Below, piece by piece: positions 13,205 through 25,933 of a DNA stretch of 64,000 nucleotides. The DNA is taken from assembly GCF_003918875.1 (NCBI RefSeq), contig NW_025767311.1, positions 248,001 to 312,000 on the forward strand, read 5' to 3'. The notes under the pieces were generated by a model that saw nothing but the letters and a program-made list of their open reading frames with translations, had not been told where the DNA came from and did no database searches. Source of the DNA: Haliotis rubra. Its lineage: Eukaryota. Every line of letters begins with the position of its first letter. Within the stretch, counting starts at the first letter, position 1. A program made the position numbers and the translations under genes.

Positions 13205-14060
13205 CTACAGCTATAGACGACCGACTACTCAAACAAAGGCGCAATATTCCCTCTAACAGACAAACCACTACAGCTATAGACGACCGACTACTCAAACAAA
13301 GGCGCAATATTCCCTCTAACAGACAAACCACTACAGCTATAGACGACCGACTTCTCAAACAAAGGCGCAATATTCCCTCTAACAGACAAACCACTACAGC
13401 TATAGACGACCGACTTCTCAAACAAAGGCGCAATACAAAGGCGCAATATTCCCTCTAACAGACAAACCACTACAGCTATAGACGACCGACTTCTCAAACA
13501 AAGGCGCAATATTCCCTCTAACAGACAAACCACTACAGCTATAGACGACCGACTACTCTACTCAAACAAAGGCGCAATATTCCCTCTAACAGACAAACCA
13601 CTACAGCTATAGACGACCGACTACTCAAACAAAGGCGCAATATTCCCTCTAACAGACAAACCACTACAGCTATAGACGACCGACTACTCAAACAAAGGCG
13701 CAATATTCCCTCTAACAGACAAACCACTACAGCTATAGACGACCGACTACTCAAACAAAGGCGCAATATTCCCTCTAACAGACAAACCACTACAGCTATA
13801 GACGACCGACTTCTCAAAACAAAGGCGCAATATTCCCTCTAACAGACAAACCACTACAGCTACACTACTCAAACCACTACAGACTATAGACGACCGACTA
13901 CTCAAACAAAGGCGCAATATTCCCTCTAACAGACAAACCACTACAGCTATAGACGACCGACTACTCAAACAAAGGCGCAATATTCCCTCTAACAGACAAA
14001 CCACTACAGCTATAGACGACCGACTACTCAAACAAAGGCGCAATATTCCCTCTAACAGAC
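13205..14060. repeat. 63-bp minisatellite
   Basis: Unit CTACAGCTATAGACGACCGACTACTCAAACAAAGGCGCAATATTCCCTCTAACAGACAAACCA, about 13 near-identical copies. Confidence 0.95.
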
Positions 14061-15150
14061 GAACCAACAATAAGCAGTAGGTAGTGGAACTATGTTACAT
14101 TGTCGTGGTTGGGTTGGGGTATCCCAATGTGGTTTGTTGGTTGTAGTGTGCTAAGGTTATTGTGATATACTACATAGGTTTGTACTGAGGGAGTGTACCA
14201 ACGCGATGTACTCAGGCAGTGTTGGTGCTGGGTTGAACTAAAGGAGTTCGGATGTACTTAAGCAACGTGGATGGTGGATGTACTGAATGTACTGAATCTG
14301 AGTTTAGGTTGGGAAGCACTAAAGCATTGCGGTTGTTGTGATGGAGTAAAGCAGTGCAGTTGTTCCGATGTACTAAGATGGGGTCGTTTTGGGTGCTTCT
14401 TGTTTCTGGTAGGTGGTCTAAGAAAACGGTTTACCAAGAGTTTGCCTTGAGGATAGTTTATCATGATCTTAAATTCGATCGACCACCCTTTTAAATGTTC
14501 AATGATTTAGTCCCAAGTAGATTATTCTATATTTCCCTAAGTAGAATCCGCGTCTTAAGTATTGGCTTAACCTTTCCGGATTCCAAGCACTGAATTATTG
14601 ACGTATGGGTAGCTTGTAATATCAGCAGTTCCTTGTGGCGCTGTAGGCTTCCTGAGGCAACCTGAGCCGCCCGCCGCACACACTGAGATTAATGCAACCT
14701 GATCTTTGCCTCATTCATATGTAGGAATTCTAACACGCAGATGATCATCTGCCATTTCGTATATCTTTTAAGATTCCTTTTAATTCTAATCTCTCATTGA
14801 GGTTGATTAATGATATTCCACAAATAATTCATACTCGAGTTCTATACATGAAAGAGATTGTGCGAATACCGAATACGTTGCGATGTCCTTTGAGCTGATG
14901 TTCAGCAGTGCAGAATGTCTTCAGACAAATGCGTATGAACTGATGGAAATAAATAAATACAGCACCATCGGACTCACACCTGCGGGTTTTATTCACCACA
15001 ACAAACATATATACCTCATGCAAACAATTTTAAGACATATAATGACTTAACATATTATATACAAAGTATTAAAATGAGGTTCAAATAAACGCTAAGATAT
15101 ACAGAACCCATTAGCAAACAAGGACAAGTGTGGAACAAGTTGTTTCGATC

Positions 15151-15300
15151 TGAGAGAGTGAATGAATATGATTTTAAGCCGCTTTTTAAATATAGCAGCA
15201 ATATCACAGCTGGGAACACCGGAAATGGTCTTCGCAAATTTTGTCCATGTTAGGAATCGAACGTCATGACGAACACTTTAACCACAAGGTTACCCGACCG
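15151..15300 (-). mobile_element. SINE family A, degraded copy
   Basis: Aligns by eye to the intact copies at 30728 and 59050. Confidence 0.7.
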
Positions 15301-15389
15301 ATGTGAACGTTCTTGAAGTTATATTGGCATGTACAAGTGCTGGTGACTGGGCGATATGGCATCCATTCGCCTATATGAATCACGTCTTC

Positions 15390-15639
15390 TGGTTGGTTGA
15401 CTGGTTCGTTGTTTAACGCCGCACTCAGCAATATTCCAGCTATATGGCGGCGGTCTGTAACTAATCGAGTCTGAACCAGACAATCCAGTGATAAACATCA
15501 TGAGCAACGATTTAGACAATTGGGGTACGATGACATGTGTGAACCAAGACAGCGAGGCTGACCACTAGATCTCCTTACTCGCCTTTTACGCCAAGCATGG
15601 CTTGCTGAAGACCAATTCCAACCAGGAATTTCACGGGTC
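15390..15639 (-). mobile_element. SINE-like family B (GTCGTAAGAGGCGACTAA-containing)
   Basis: 5' GACCCGTGAA, body ACTGGATTGTCTGGT.CAGACTCGATTA, tail GCTGGAATATTGCTGAGTGCGGCGTTAAAC plus (CAAC)n. Confidence 0.85.
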
Positions 15640-16069
15640 TCATGTCGTTAATACATTAGCTAATCGTGTAATTTTGTTGGTGTCACAGTCGATATTTATT
15701 AGCTTTGTAATCTTGATACAAACGTGATATATCAGCGCATGTATTTAACTGAAGCAGAATGTACACTCTACGTACATGATATACGTGACTGTGGTGTTTT
15801 AGATACATTCGGTTTACAACACTCTTTAGATGCTATGTGGAGCAGGTCATCGGCTTCACCAGACTCTGTCATAAGTGTTAACATAGTCAGTCATCAGCAT
15901 CTGTCTCGTCAATCATCGTCAACAATGGAGTCAGTCATCTATATCAACAGAGTCATGGCAGAGTCACCAGCAATAGTTGGGTCAGTTATCAGCAATAATA
16001 TACATTTGGTCATCATAAGTAATAGTACAGTTAGTAATGTATATCACAAGAGTCAATCTTCTGCTTGAA

Positions 16070-17050
16070 TAGAGTCAGTTATCAGCCATAGTAGAGTCAG
16101 TCATCATCGACACAGAGTCAGTTATCAACCATAGTAGAGTCAGTCATCACCAACACAGAGTCAGTCAGGCATCACCAACACAGAGTCAGTTATCAGCCAT
16201 AGTAGAGTCAGTCATCACCGACACAGAGTCAGTTATCAACCATAGTAGAGTCAGTCATCACCGACACAGAGTCAGTTATCAGCCATAGTAGAGTCAGTCA
16301 TCACCAACACAGAGTCAGTCATCACCAACACAGAGTCAGTCATCACCAACACAGAGTCAGTCATCACCAACACAAAGTCAGTCATCACCAACACAGAGTC
16401 AGTCAGTCATCACCAACACAGAGTCAGTCATCACCAACACAGAGTCAGTCAGTCATCACCAACACAGAGTCAGTTATCAGCCATAGTACAGTCAGTCATC
16501 ACCAACACAGAGTCGGTCATCGAAAAGTACAGAGGCAATCAACATCAACAATAGAGTCGGTCATCGGCAAGTACAGAGTCCGCCATCAGACACAATAGAG
16601 TCGATCATCGAAAAGTACAGAATCGGTCATCAGAAACAAGAGAGTCGGTCATCGGCAAGTACAGAGTCAGTCATCAGAAACAATAGAGTCGGTCATCGGC
16701 AAGTACAGAGTCAGTCATCAGAAACAATAGAGTCGGTCATCGGCAAGTACAGCAGAGTCAGTCATCAGGCATCGGCAGTACAGAATCAGTCATCAGAAAC
16801 AATAGAGTCGGTCATCGGCAAGTACAGAGTCAGTCATCAGAAACAATAGAGTCGGTCATCGGCAGAAAGAGTCAGTCACAGAGTCAGTCATCAGAAACAA
16901 TAGAGTCGGTCATCGGCAAGTACAGAGTCAGTCATCAGAAACAATAGAGTCGGTCATCGGCAAGTACAGAGTCAGTCATCAGAAACAATAGAGTCGGTCA
17001 TCGGCAAGTACAGAATCAGTCATCAGAAACAGTAGAGTCAGTCATCGAAA
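16070..17050. repeat. Compound 21/22-bp minisatellite with a 44-bp dimeric block
   Basis: AGAGTCAGTCATCACCAACAC units, then (AGAGTCGGTCATCGGCAAGTAC AGAGTCAGTCATCAGAAACAAT)n; degenerate flanks span about 15860-17270. Confidence 0.92.
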
Positions 17051-17512
17051 TGTACAGAGGCAATCATATGTATCAACAGAGTCAGTCACCTGCAACAATA
17101 CTCCAGCAGCAGAAACAGTCAGACTGGTTGTCATTCATTACAAACAAATCTATAAAAATACATCAAACAACCATCAATAGAGTCATTCAACAACAGCCAG
17201 TTACTGCAGCAGTAGAGTGTGTAAGCAGCATCAGTAACAACAGATAGTCGGCATCCTAGAGTCGTCCACGTCAGCCAAGACGGCCATCTATAACAGTGAC
17301 AGTAGACAGGACATAGAGTCTGGATCAGCTCCACCCAGACAAGAACCAATTCATATCAAGAATTACAATGGACGTTTTGGTCGCTGATGAAGAAGATCCG
17401 GTGCGGTCCCTTTGTTTCGCAGATGGACATCTCTGCGAGAGAACCCGTGAGCCTGTCAACAGACACACCGGAATATATCAGTCACTGACTCGGGAGGAAA
17501 TGAGTTACCGGA

Positions 17513-17577
17513 CTCCATTGCTTTGTCTTTGTTACCGGAAGTCGGACTGTTTCGGACTTCCGGCAACACAGACGGAG
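17513..17577. repeat. Inverted repeat carrying two opposed CCGGAAGT motifs
   Basis: GTCTTTGTTACCGGAAGTC...GACTTCCGGCAACACAGAC. Confidence 0.65.
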
Positions 17578-18384
17578 CATTATTATCTTTCATGATTCGA
17601 AGATCTCCAAAACTATTTTCACCTGAATATCTCTTTCTGTTCTCCTTTAATACACTACAGTATAATTCCTAAGTTCATTTGTGAAGTATTTAGTGTGTAC
17701 TTTGTATCAGGCGATCAGTTGCATATTGGCTGAGAGTTGATACATCACCTGAAACTCGACATAGATCGTGTTTCGGTAAATATGATGAATACACTTGGTG
17801 TTGACGTGATACTGCGTTGAAACAGACGTCATGGGGTTGAAACAATGTTTTCTTTGTGCTGGGGCTTGGCTGATACATAAGTTCATTTTCCTGTGATATT
17901 ATACAAAATGAAATTGGAGTTATTATAAGATAGGAAATGGACTGGGAATCTCAGACAGTGACTGTCGCCTAACAGATAAAGTAATACTCGTTACACTATC
18001 ACCCTGTCTTCTCGTTTCAATGTAAAGTTCCCGGGGTCTATCTGTCTGGTATTTGTTAGTGTTAAATGGTAAGCAACTCGAAAGTTCAGGGGAAATGTAT
18101 TGCTAGCAGACATGAAATTAAACCAAAGAGACAATGAGTTGTATTTCAAGGAAAGTGAAGCCGGATATCTTAGCTGCTGCATCGGTGGTGCAAGTTAATG
18201 TTATAACTACGATATCTGGGAACATCTGCGAAATGATTATACATCATAATCATTGTCAGACAGCTTCATAATTCTCTTATTTGCATCCTTGTCATTAGAC
18301 TCAGCCTACCTACAGGCCCTTCCTTTCGCATGTGTCTTCGTTCCGCCTCTTCACCTATGTCCCTACATTGTGTCTACGGGCCTA

Positions 18385-21362
18385 TCGTGTGTCTCCTTCT
18401 CTCCTCTACACCAGTGTCCCTCTCGTGTGTCTCCTTCCATCCTCCACACTAGTGTCCCTCTCGTGTGTCTCCTTACCCAGTTTCCCTCTCTTGTGTCTCC
18501 TTCCCTCCTCCACGCCAGTGTCCCTCTCGTGTGTATCCTTCCAACCTCCACCCAAGTGTCCCTCTCGTGTGTCTCCTTCCCCACTGTCCCTCTCGTGTGT
18601 CTCCTTCCCCAATGTCACTCTCGTGTGTCTCCTTTCCCCAGTGCCCCTCTCGTGTGTCTCCTTCCTCAGTGTCCCTCTAGTGTGTCTCCTTCCCCAGTGT
18701 CCCTCTCGTGTGTCTCCTTCCCCAATGTCACTCTCGTGTGTCTCCTTTCCCCAGTGTCCCTCTCGTGTGTCTCCTTCCTCAGTGTCCCTCTCGTGTGTTT
18801 CCTTCCCCAATGTCACTCTCGTGTGTCTCCTTTCCCCAGTGTCCCTCTCGTGTGTCTCCTTCCTCAGTGTCCCTCTAGTGTGTCTCCTTCCCCAGTGTCC
18901 CTCTCGTGTGTCTCCTTTCCCCAGTGTCCCTCTCGTGTGTCTCCTTCCACAGTGTCCCTCTCGTGTGTCTCCTTCCCCAGTGTCCCTCTCGTGTGTCTCC
19001 TTTCCCCAGTGTCCCTCTCGTGTGTCTCCTTCGCCAGTGTCCCTTTTGTATGTCTCCTTCCATCCTCCACGCCACGTCCCTCTCGTGTGTCTCCATCTCA
19101 AGTGACCCCTTCTTGTGTCTCCTTCCCTCCTCCATACCAGTGACACTCCAGTGTGTCTCCATCCATCCTCAACACCAGTGTCCCTCTCGTGTGTCTCCTT
19201 CCCCAGTGTCCCTCTCGTGTGTCTCCTTCCCCAGTGTCTCAATAGTGTATCTCCTTCCCCCTTCAAACCAGTGTCACTCTCTTGTGTCTCCTTCCTCAGT
19301 GTCCCTCTCGTGTGTTTCCTTCCCCAGTGTCCCTCCAGTGTGTCTCCTTCACTCCTCCACACCAGTGTCCCTCTCGTGTGTCTCCTTCCCCAGTGTCCCT
19401 CTCGTGTGTCTCCTTCTCAGTGTCCCTCAGTGTCCTCTCGTGTCTCTCCTTCACCAGTGTCCTCTCTCATGTGTCCTTCCTTGTTCCTTTCATGTGTCTT
19501 CCTTCCTTATCCTCCACGCCAGCGTCCCTCTCGTGTGTCTCCTTCCCCATGTCCCTCTCTGTGTGTCTCCTTCCCCAGTGTCCCTCTAGTGTGTCTCCTT
19601 CCCTCATTCACCAGGGTCCCACTCTCTTGTGTCTCCTTCCTCCTCCTCCACACCAGGGTCCCTCTCGTGTGTCTCCTTCCCCCCAGTGTTCCCTTCTTCT
19701 TGTGTGTCCCTCTCTGTGTGTCATCCTCCATACCAGTGTCCCTTCTCTGTCTGTCCTCCCCTCCTTCCCCTGTGTCCCTCTCGTGTGTCTCCTTCCCCAG
19801 TGTCCCTCCTCCATTCTTCCTCCGTGTCCCTCTCGTGTCCCTCTCTGTGTCCTCCTCCAGTGTCCCTCTCGTGTGTGTCTCCTTCCTCCATACCAGTGTC
19901 CCTCTCGTGTGTCTCCTTCCCCAGTGTCCCTCTCGTGTGTCTTCTTCCTCCGTGTCCCTCTCGTGTGTCTCCTTCCCTCCTCCGTACCAGTGTCCCTCTC
20001 GTGTGTCTCCTTCCATCCTCCATACCAGTGTCCTTCTCGTGTATGTCCTTCCCCAGTGTCCCTTTCGTGTGTCTCCTTGCCCAGTGTCCCTCTCGTTTGT
20101 CTCCTTACCCAGTGTCCCTCTCGTGTATGTCCTTCTCCAGTGTCCCTCTCGTGTGTCTCCTTCCCTCCTCAATACCAGTGTCCCTCTCGTGTGTCTCCTT
20201 CCCCAGGGTCCCACACGTATGTTTCCTTGCCCAGTGTCCTCAGTGTGTCTCCTCAGTGTCTCTATCGTGTGTCTCCTTCCATCCTCCATACCAGTGTCCG
20301 TCTCGTGTGTCTCCTTCCTCCTCCTCCATACCAGTGTCCCTCTCGTGTGTCTCCTCTTCCCTCCTCCACACCAGTGTCCCTGTGTCCTCCTTCCCTCCTG
20401 TGTCCCTCCTTGTGTCTCCTCCCTCCACACACCAGTGTCCCTCTCGTGTGTCTCCTTCCCTCCTCACACCAGTGTCCCTCTCGTGTGTCTCCTTCCCTCC
20501 TACACACCAGTGTCCCTCTCGTGTGTGTCCTTCCTCCTCCATCAGTGTCCCTCTCGTGTGTCTCCTTCCCTCCTCCCCACTCCATACCAGTGTCCGTCTC
20601 CTGTGTGTGTCTCCTTCCATCCTCCATACCAGTGTCCGTCTCTGTGTCTCCTCCCCTCCCATCCCATACCAGTGTCCGTCTCGTGTGTGTCTCCTTCTCT
20701 CCTCCATACCAGTGTCCCTTCTCGTCTCGTGTGTCTCCTTCCCTCCTCCACACCAGTGTCCCTCTCGTGTGTCTCCTTCCCTCCCCCACACCAGTGTCCC
20801 TCTCGTGTGTCTCCTTCCCTCCTACACACCAGTGTCCCTCTCTGTGTGTCTCCTTCCCTCCTCCACACCAGTGTCCCTCTCCCTCTCGTGTGTCTCCTTC
20901 CATCCTCCCATACCAGTGTCTCCTTCTATCCTCCATACCCAGTGTCAGTGTCCCTCCTCCTCCACACCAGTGTCCCTCTCTGTGTCTCCTTCATCCTCCA
21001 TACCAGTGTCCGTCTCGTGTGTCTCCTTCTATCCTCCATACCAGTGTCCGTCTCGTGTGTCTCCTTCCCTCCTCCATACCAGTGTCCCTCTCGTGTGTCT
21101 CCTTCTATCCTCCATACCAGTGTCCGTCTCGTGTGTCTCCTTCCCATCCTCCATACCAGTGTCCCTTTCGTGTGTCTCCTTCCCTCCTCCACACCAGTGT
21201 CCCTCTCGTGTGTCTCCTTCTCTCCTCCACACCAGTGTCCCTCTCGTGTGTCTCCTATCATCCATACCAGTGTCCCTCTCCTGTGTCTCCTTCTATCACC
21301 CATACCAGTGTTCCTCTCGTGTGTCTCCTTCCCTCCTCCACGCCAGTGTCCCTCTTGTGTGT
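18385..21362. repeat. 3-kb pyrimidine-rich minisatellite (core CCAGTGTCCCTCTCGTGTGTCTCCTTCC; about 29-41-bp units)
   Basis: Tandem core throughout; the scarcity of A on the + strand explains the 580-794-aa stop-free ORFs. Confidence 0.95.
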
Positions 21363-21429
21363 TTAGAGTAGGTGCTGAAACTATAAAAGTTTCTTCGTCC
21401 CTTTTCTTTTGTGAAGATAATTTGACTAA

Positions 21430-22555
21430 AGTACTGTCGGAAATAGAAAAAAACGTTTATTGCACATTTACATCTACAATTTATATAGATAATATGTGAA
21501 AGTGTGAAATATTTGTTAAACTAAGATCGGCCTAACTATAGTCTCAGTGGTAGGGAGATAGGAAACTTAAAAATTGGACTGCACTCAGGAGGGATTAGTG
21601 CAGAAATGAGCAATGCGGGTTTTTTCTAAGTCCAAATCGACTTATTTGGAACAGACAATGGCTTTATGCAAATTAGAGGAGCGATGATATTGTATTACAA
21701 AGGACACTTTTTACATACCCATTTTGAAATTAGACGTAGCTTTATTGTAAACGATGGCTAACGTAAAAAAATAATAACTTTAATACTGAAACTATTAAGG
21801 ATGTAGCTACCATGGAGTCTCACTATCACTATAAAAAGAAACAGGTAGGAGGGGTCGTCTCAAAAGCAAAACAAGGACGGGTGTCGGAGACGGTGGTTTG
21901 GGGTCGTGCTGGGGTATAGAGATATCAGCTAAGATAAGATGATCCTTCAGGGCAATTAAACTGGGGAAGTAAACGGCATGCCTTAACAATTTACAAATAA
22001 TATCCAGTCCTGTCGATCTTCGGGTGGTCATGCCACCTATATATTTTGAGACATTTAATACGATGACTGATTATGCTTTTCTACGGGTATCATACTCTGT
22101 TACATATCTGAACATAAACTTTATGTACGAAAAGATTGATTGATTGAAAGAAATACACGTAAGATGTTAATCATTAGATGCGACATATTCAACACACAAG
22201 AATCTTTGCATCAAATATATTTGAGATGATCCCTTGTGCCTGTAGGCAGCACGTGCATTTCATGCCAGGTGAGTCGATGGTCCGTCGTCATACCTGGCTG
22301 AGCGACCTAATTGCCATCTATAGTCTGATCTATTGTTTTCAGCAGCTATTCATATTTTTGTCTAAGTTTTGCCCGATTTTACGAGTAAACATGCTTTTCT
22401 GGATATCCTATTACGCGTCCCACTGAACGCTCAGTTAGGCCGGTGTGGGTTATTTCGACATATGCTATTTGCAATTGTGTAAATTTTAGGGATACAGAGT
22501 AATAGCCTAAAAACAGGTTTTTTTCTATATCCGACAGTACTCGGACAGTACAGTG
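21430..22555. mobile_element. Non-autonomous TIR element with 9-bp flanking duplication (MULE-like)
   Basis: AGTACTGTCGGAAATAGAAAAAAAC (21430) is inverted at 22517-22541; TTTGACTAA occurs at 21421-29 and 22556-64; the right end has 14 extra bases. Confidence 0.65.
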
Positions 22556-23329
22556 TTTGACTAATTTGACTGTCTATTTAGGCGTGTGTTTATTTCATAG
22601 GCAGGTTATACCAGCATATATTTAGCAGCACAGCAAAGGATCCATGGAGCGTAACAGTGAACTGGGATTACGATATCTTTAAAGTGAAAACTATCCCGCG
22701 ATAAGTTGTAAACTGACATCTATGAGATGCGACCTTGTCAAGGAAATAGGTGTTTATATCATGACACCACCGGATCAATCTCTCCTCATCTGCGGGCGGT
22801 TCTTCGTGTGTTCAGAGCACTCCTTTGTCATGAGCTCTTTTGAAGAACAAAAGAAGCTATTTATGAGATTCAAACACAAAACTGTGTGATGTGAACATTT
22901 ATTGATGGGAATTGCGGGTTAAGTGTGACTGCCTATCTCAGCCGAACCGCTGATGTATTGACATGTCATACTGAGTCAAACACTGCTTCATGCGACGGTG
23001 ATGCTGAAGCTGGAATCGTGAAGAAGATGTAACGTGACTACAACAACTCTCCGACATCACAGTTCGAACGCATGAAACGGCAACAGTGGCAGCAGTGGCG
23101 TAGATATGTATATATCACATGTACAGATATACCACTCACAGGGATAAATCTGGCAGTTTCAAGTGCATGGAAGTTGCGTACATCTTCAAAGAAAATATGA
23201 TTCATGACTCTTGGCGCTGTTTTTCACAGTTCGTTTATACAACCTCATGGGCGGATCCAGGAATTTTGAAGGGGGGGGGGGGGGGGGGGGGGGTCTAGAG
23301 AGTGAGTGCATTGTGCGAGATATTCAGCT

Positions 23330-24030
23330 GAGGATGACTGGTGCATTGTGGGAGGTACTGTCTTGGAATGACTGGTGCATTGAGGGAGGTACTGCCTGGG
23401 GATCACTGACACATTGTGGGAGGTACTGCCTTAGAATGACTGGTGCATTGAGGGAGGTACTGCCTGGGGATCACTGACACGTTGTGGGAGATACTGTCTT
23501 GGAATGACTGGTGCATTGAGGGAGGTACTGCCTGGGGATCACTGATACATTGTGGGAGGAACTGTCTTGGAATGACTGGTGCATTGAGGGAGGTACTGCC
23601 TGGGGATCACTGATACATTGTGGGAGGTACTGTCTTGGAATGACTGGTGCATTGAGGGAGGTACTGCCTGGGGATCACTGATACATTGTGGGAGGTACTG
23701 TCTTGGAATGACTGGTGCATTGAGGGAGGTACTGCCTGGGAATCACTGATACATTGTGGGAGGTACTGTCTTGGAATGACTGGTGCATTGAGTGAGGTAC
23801 TGCCTGGGGATCACTGATACATTGTGGGAGGTACTGTCTTGGAATGACTGGTGCATTGAGGGAGGTACTGCCTGGGAATCACTGATACATTGTGGGAGGT
23901 ACTGTCTTGGAATGACTGGTGCACTGAGTGAGGTACTGCCTGGGGATCACTGATACATTGTGGGAGGTACTGTCTTGGAATGACTGGTGCATTGAGGGAG
24001 GTACTGCCTGGGGAGGGGGGGTACTGTCTG
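23330..24030. repeat. 68-bp minisatellite (dimer of two diverged 34-bp subunits)
   Basis: TGTCTTGGAATGACTGGTGCATTGAGGGAGGTAC alternates with TGCCTGGGGATCACTGATACATTGTGGGAGGTAC. Preceded by a poly-G run (23271-23293) and a GGCGGATCCAGGAATTTT MITE-like end. Confidence 0.93.
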
Positions 24031-24446
24031 TTAACGACTGGAGCATTGTGTTAGGTACTGTGTTAACGTTTTAAAGGTTGCGTGATTGCAAAATACATTC
24101 GTACCTTCACTTTCACGATTTCGTGAGAGACACTAACTGGTTGGGAGAAATATCGTTCTAACGTGACCTTGATGGCATGTACCTCAGATCTTTGTGTAGC
24201 AGACGTGAGCATCTGATTTTATCTCAAGTTACATTGCACTTTGAGATGTGAGCTTGTAACATTTTGAGTTGTAGTGTCGCGTTGAGCAGTATATAGGCCT
24301 ACTGACAGTGAAGGTATGAATGCCGAGAATTAGTTGCTTTATATAACTGAAACAACTGTAACTGTTACATTACTATAGGTTATGTCTATTTCGCTATCAC
24401 TCATTCCTGTCACTAAAAAGAAATCTGATTTTGTGCCAAACATATA

Positions 24447-24968
24447 CAATGCCGTCCGGTAATTCCGTGCACCTAAGCACATCGATCGCAACACAGCAAC
24501 TAACGTCTCTTATTTTTTGTGGTTTACGTGACTAAACATGCTGGTATGCATCATATGTACCTGTACGACTGTAAGATTCTAACGTTGCATTATGCCATAC
24601 GGTTGACGACATCGTTTGCTGTCCGGTAATTCTGCGCAGCAACTGATGCGCACAACATCCAGCTGGAGATCCAAAGTATGGAAGCGTATTAGGGCCAGAT
24701 TATTTTCATAAGTCACTTCATCAATGTAAGGAAGAGTGTTTCATATTAAATCCAAATATGAATAATGAAGAAAAAGGTTTAAAGGTCTGTCAATTTATCT
24801 GTCAGTTACTATTATTTACTTACCTTTAGTGATTAAAAGCCAGTCCCTTGTAGAAATGTCCCGATTTCAAGCGTAAATTTGGTAGCAGACGATTTTACCT
24901 TCGATACGGAAGTACGCTATTGCAGCTGCGCAGAATTACTAGACGCGCGGAATTACAGGACTCGCTTG
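24447..24968. mobile_element. Tc1/pogo-type MITE
   Basis: TA-flanked imperfect TIRs CAATGCCGTCCGGTAATTCCGTGC / GCGCGGAATTACAGGACTCGCTTG, with internal copies of the GTAATTC(C/T)GCGC motif. Confidence 0.7.
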
Positions 24969-25293
24969 TACTGGTTTAATGAGAACTGGAGTTGCAAATA
25001 AATGCGAAACCACATGGCCCCAACCATGTTTGAAATGATGGGAATGTGTCGTTCTGATGTCAAATTGTGACATCTACCATGGGGTATTCATGTGATTTGT
25101 GTTCCATTGTTTTAAAGTTCTAAATCAAATCATATTCTTTGCAATAAAACCACACAGAAGTATTCTTTGAGTACTTCAGAGAGCCAGTACGGCTCACATT
25201 CTGGATATCGATAACTTGAGATATGTTCAATTAAATAAACAGACATATGATGAAACCATCTGGGCGTATAACTTCCCATTTGGGCCACACTGT

Positions 25294-25933
25294 GGGAACA
25301 TGAAGTTAGAAACGGATTCGGGATTAGGGATTGGGGATTCGAATCCCAAATCTGATTAAAAAAATCACATTTGGGATTCGAATCCCAAATCTGAAAAAAT
25401 TATTCAGATTGGGGATTCAAATCCCGAATATGAATAAAATATTCAGATTCGGAATTCAAATCCCGAAACCCGAATGTTGAGGAAACTGTAGTGTGGTTGT
25501 TTATGTTTTTAAGTTACCCAGGTATACAACGAGCCCTAGTACACTAGAAGGGGGATGAAATAATGATTATTGACATTGTTCGTCTTTGCTCGATCGTGAT
25601 CGAGGGTTGACGCCAGCAAGTAGGGAATAGCTTCGGGACCGTTGACTATCTGCGTCGAGGATAGATAGGTTTGACAGATGAAGGTGCAAAGATAATAGTT
25701 ACAAGGACGCTAAAGTTCCGAATTACAGATGTGTTGAAGAAATGCATAATAAAAGTTCAAATACCAAATACCCAATGCCCAATGCCGAGTGCCGAATGTG
25801 CAAAAGAAAAACCCGAATATGAAAAAAACTTCAGATTCGAATCCCGAATATGAAAAACAATCAGATTCGGGATTCGAATCCCGAATGTGAAAAATTCCCC
25901 CAATCCCGAATCCGTTTCTAACTTCATGTTGCT
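25294..25933. mobile_element. Foldback-type MITE with 9-bp TSD (MULE/Merlin-like)
   Basis: About 32-bp TIRs (GGGAACATGAAGTTAGAAACGGATTCGGGATT / AATCCCGAATCCGTTTCTAACTTCATGTTGCT). TSD CCACACTGT at 25285-93 and 25934-42. Subterminal arrays of the palindrome GGGATTCGAATCCC. Confidence 0.88.

Noticed and set aside
13068-14070. Hydrophobic repeat ORFs (SSIAVVVCLLEGILRLCL)
   Set aside because: Translation of a 63-bp minisatellite, with frames broken by indels and stops at the edges.
18253-21499. Long ORFs up to 794 aa
   Set aside because: Open in several frames on both strands because of base composition; frequent non-triplet indels; no domain.
22800-22890. THAP-like peptide FVCSEHSF...SFEE
   Set aside because: Short, lacks the upstream C2 and downstream AVP motifs, and is closed by stops.
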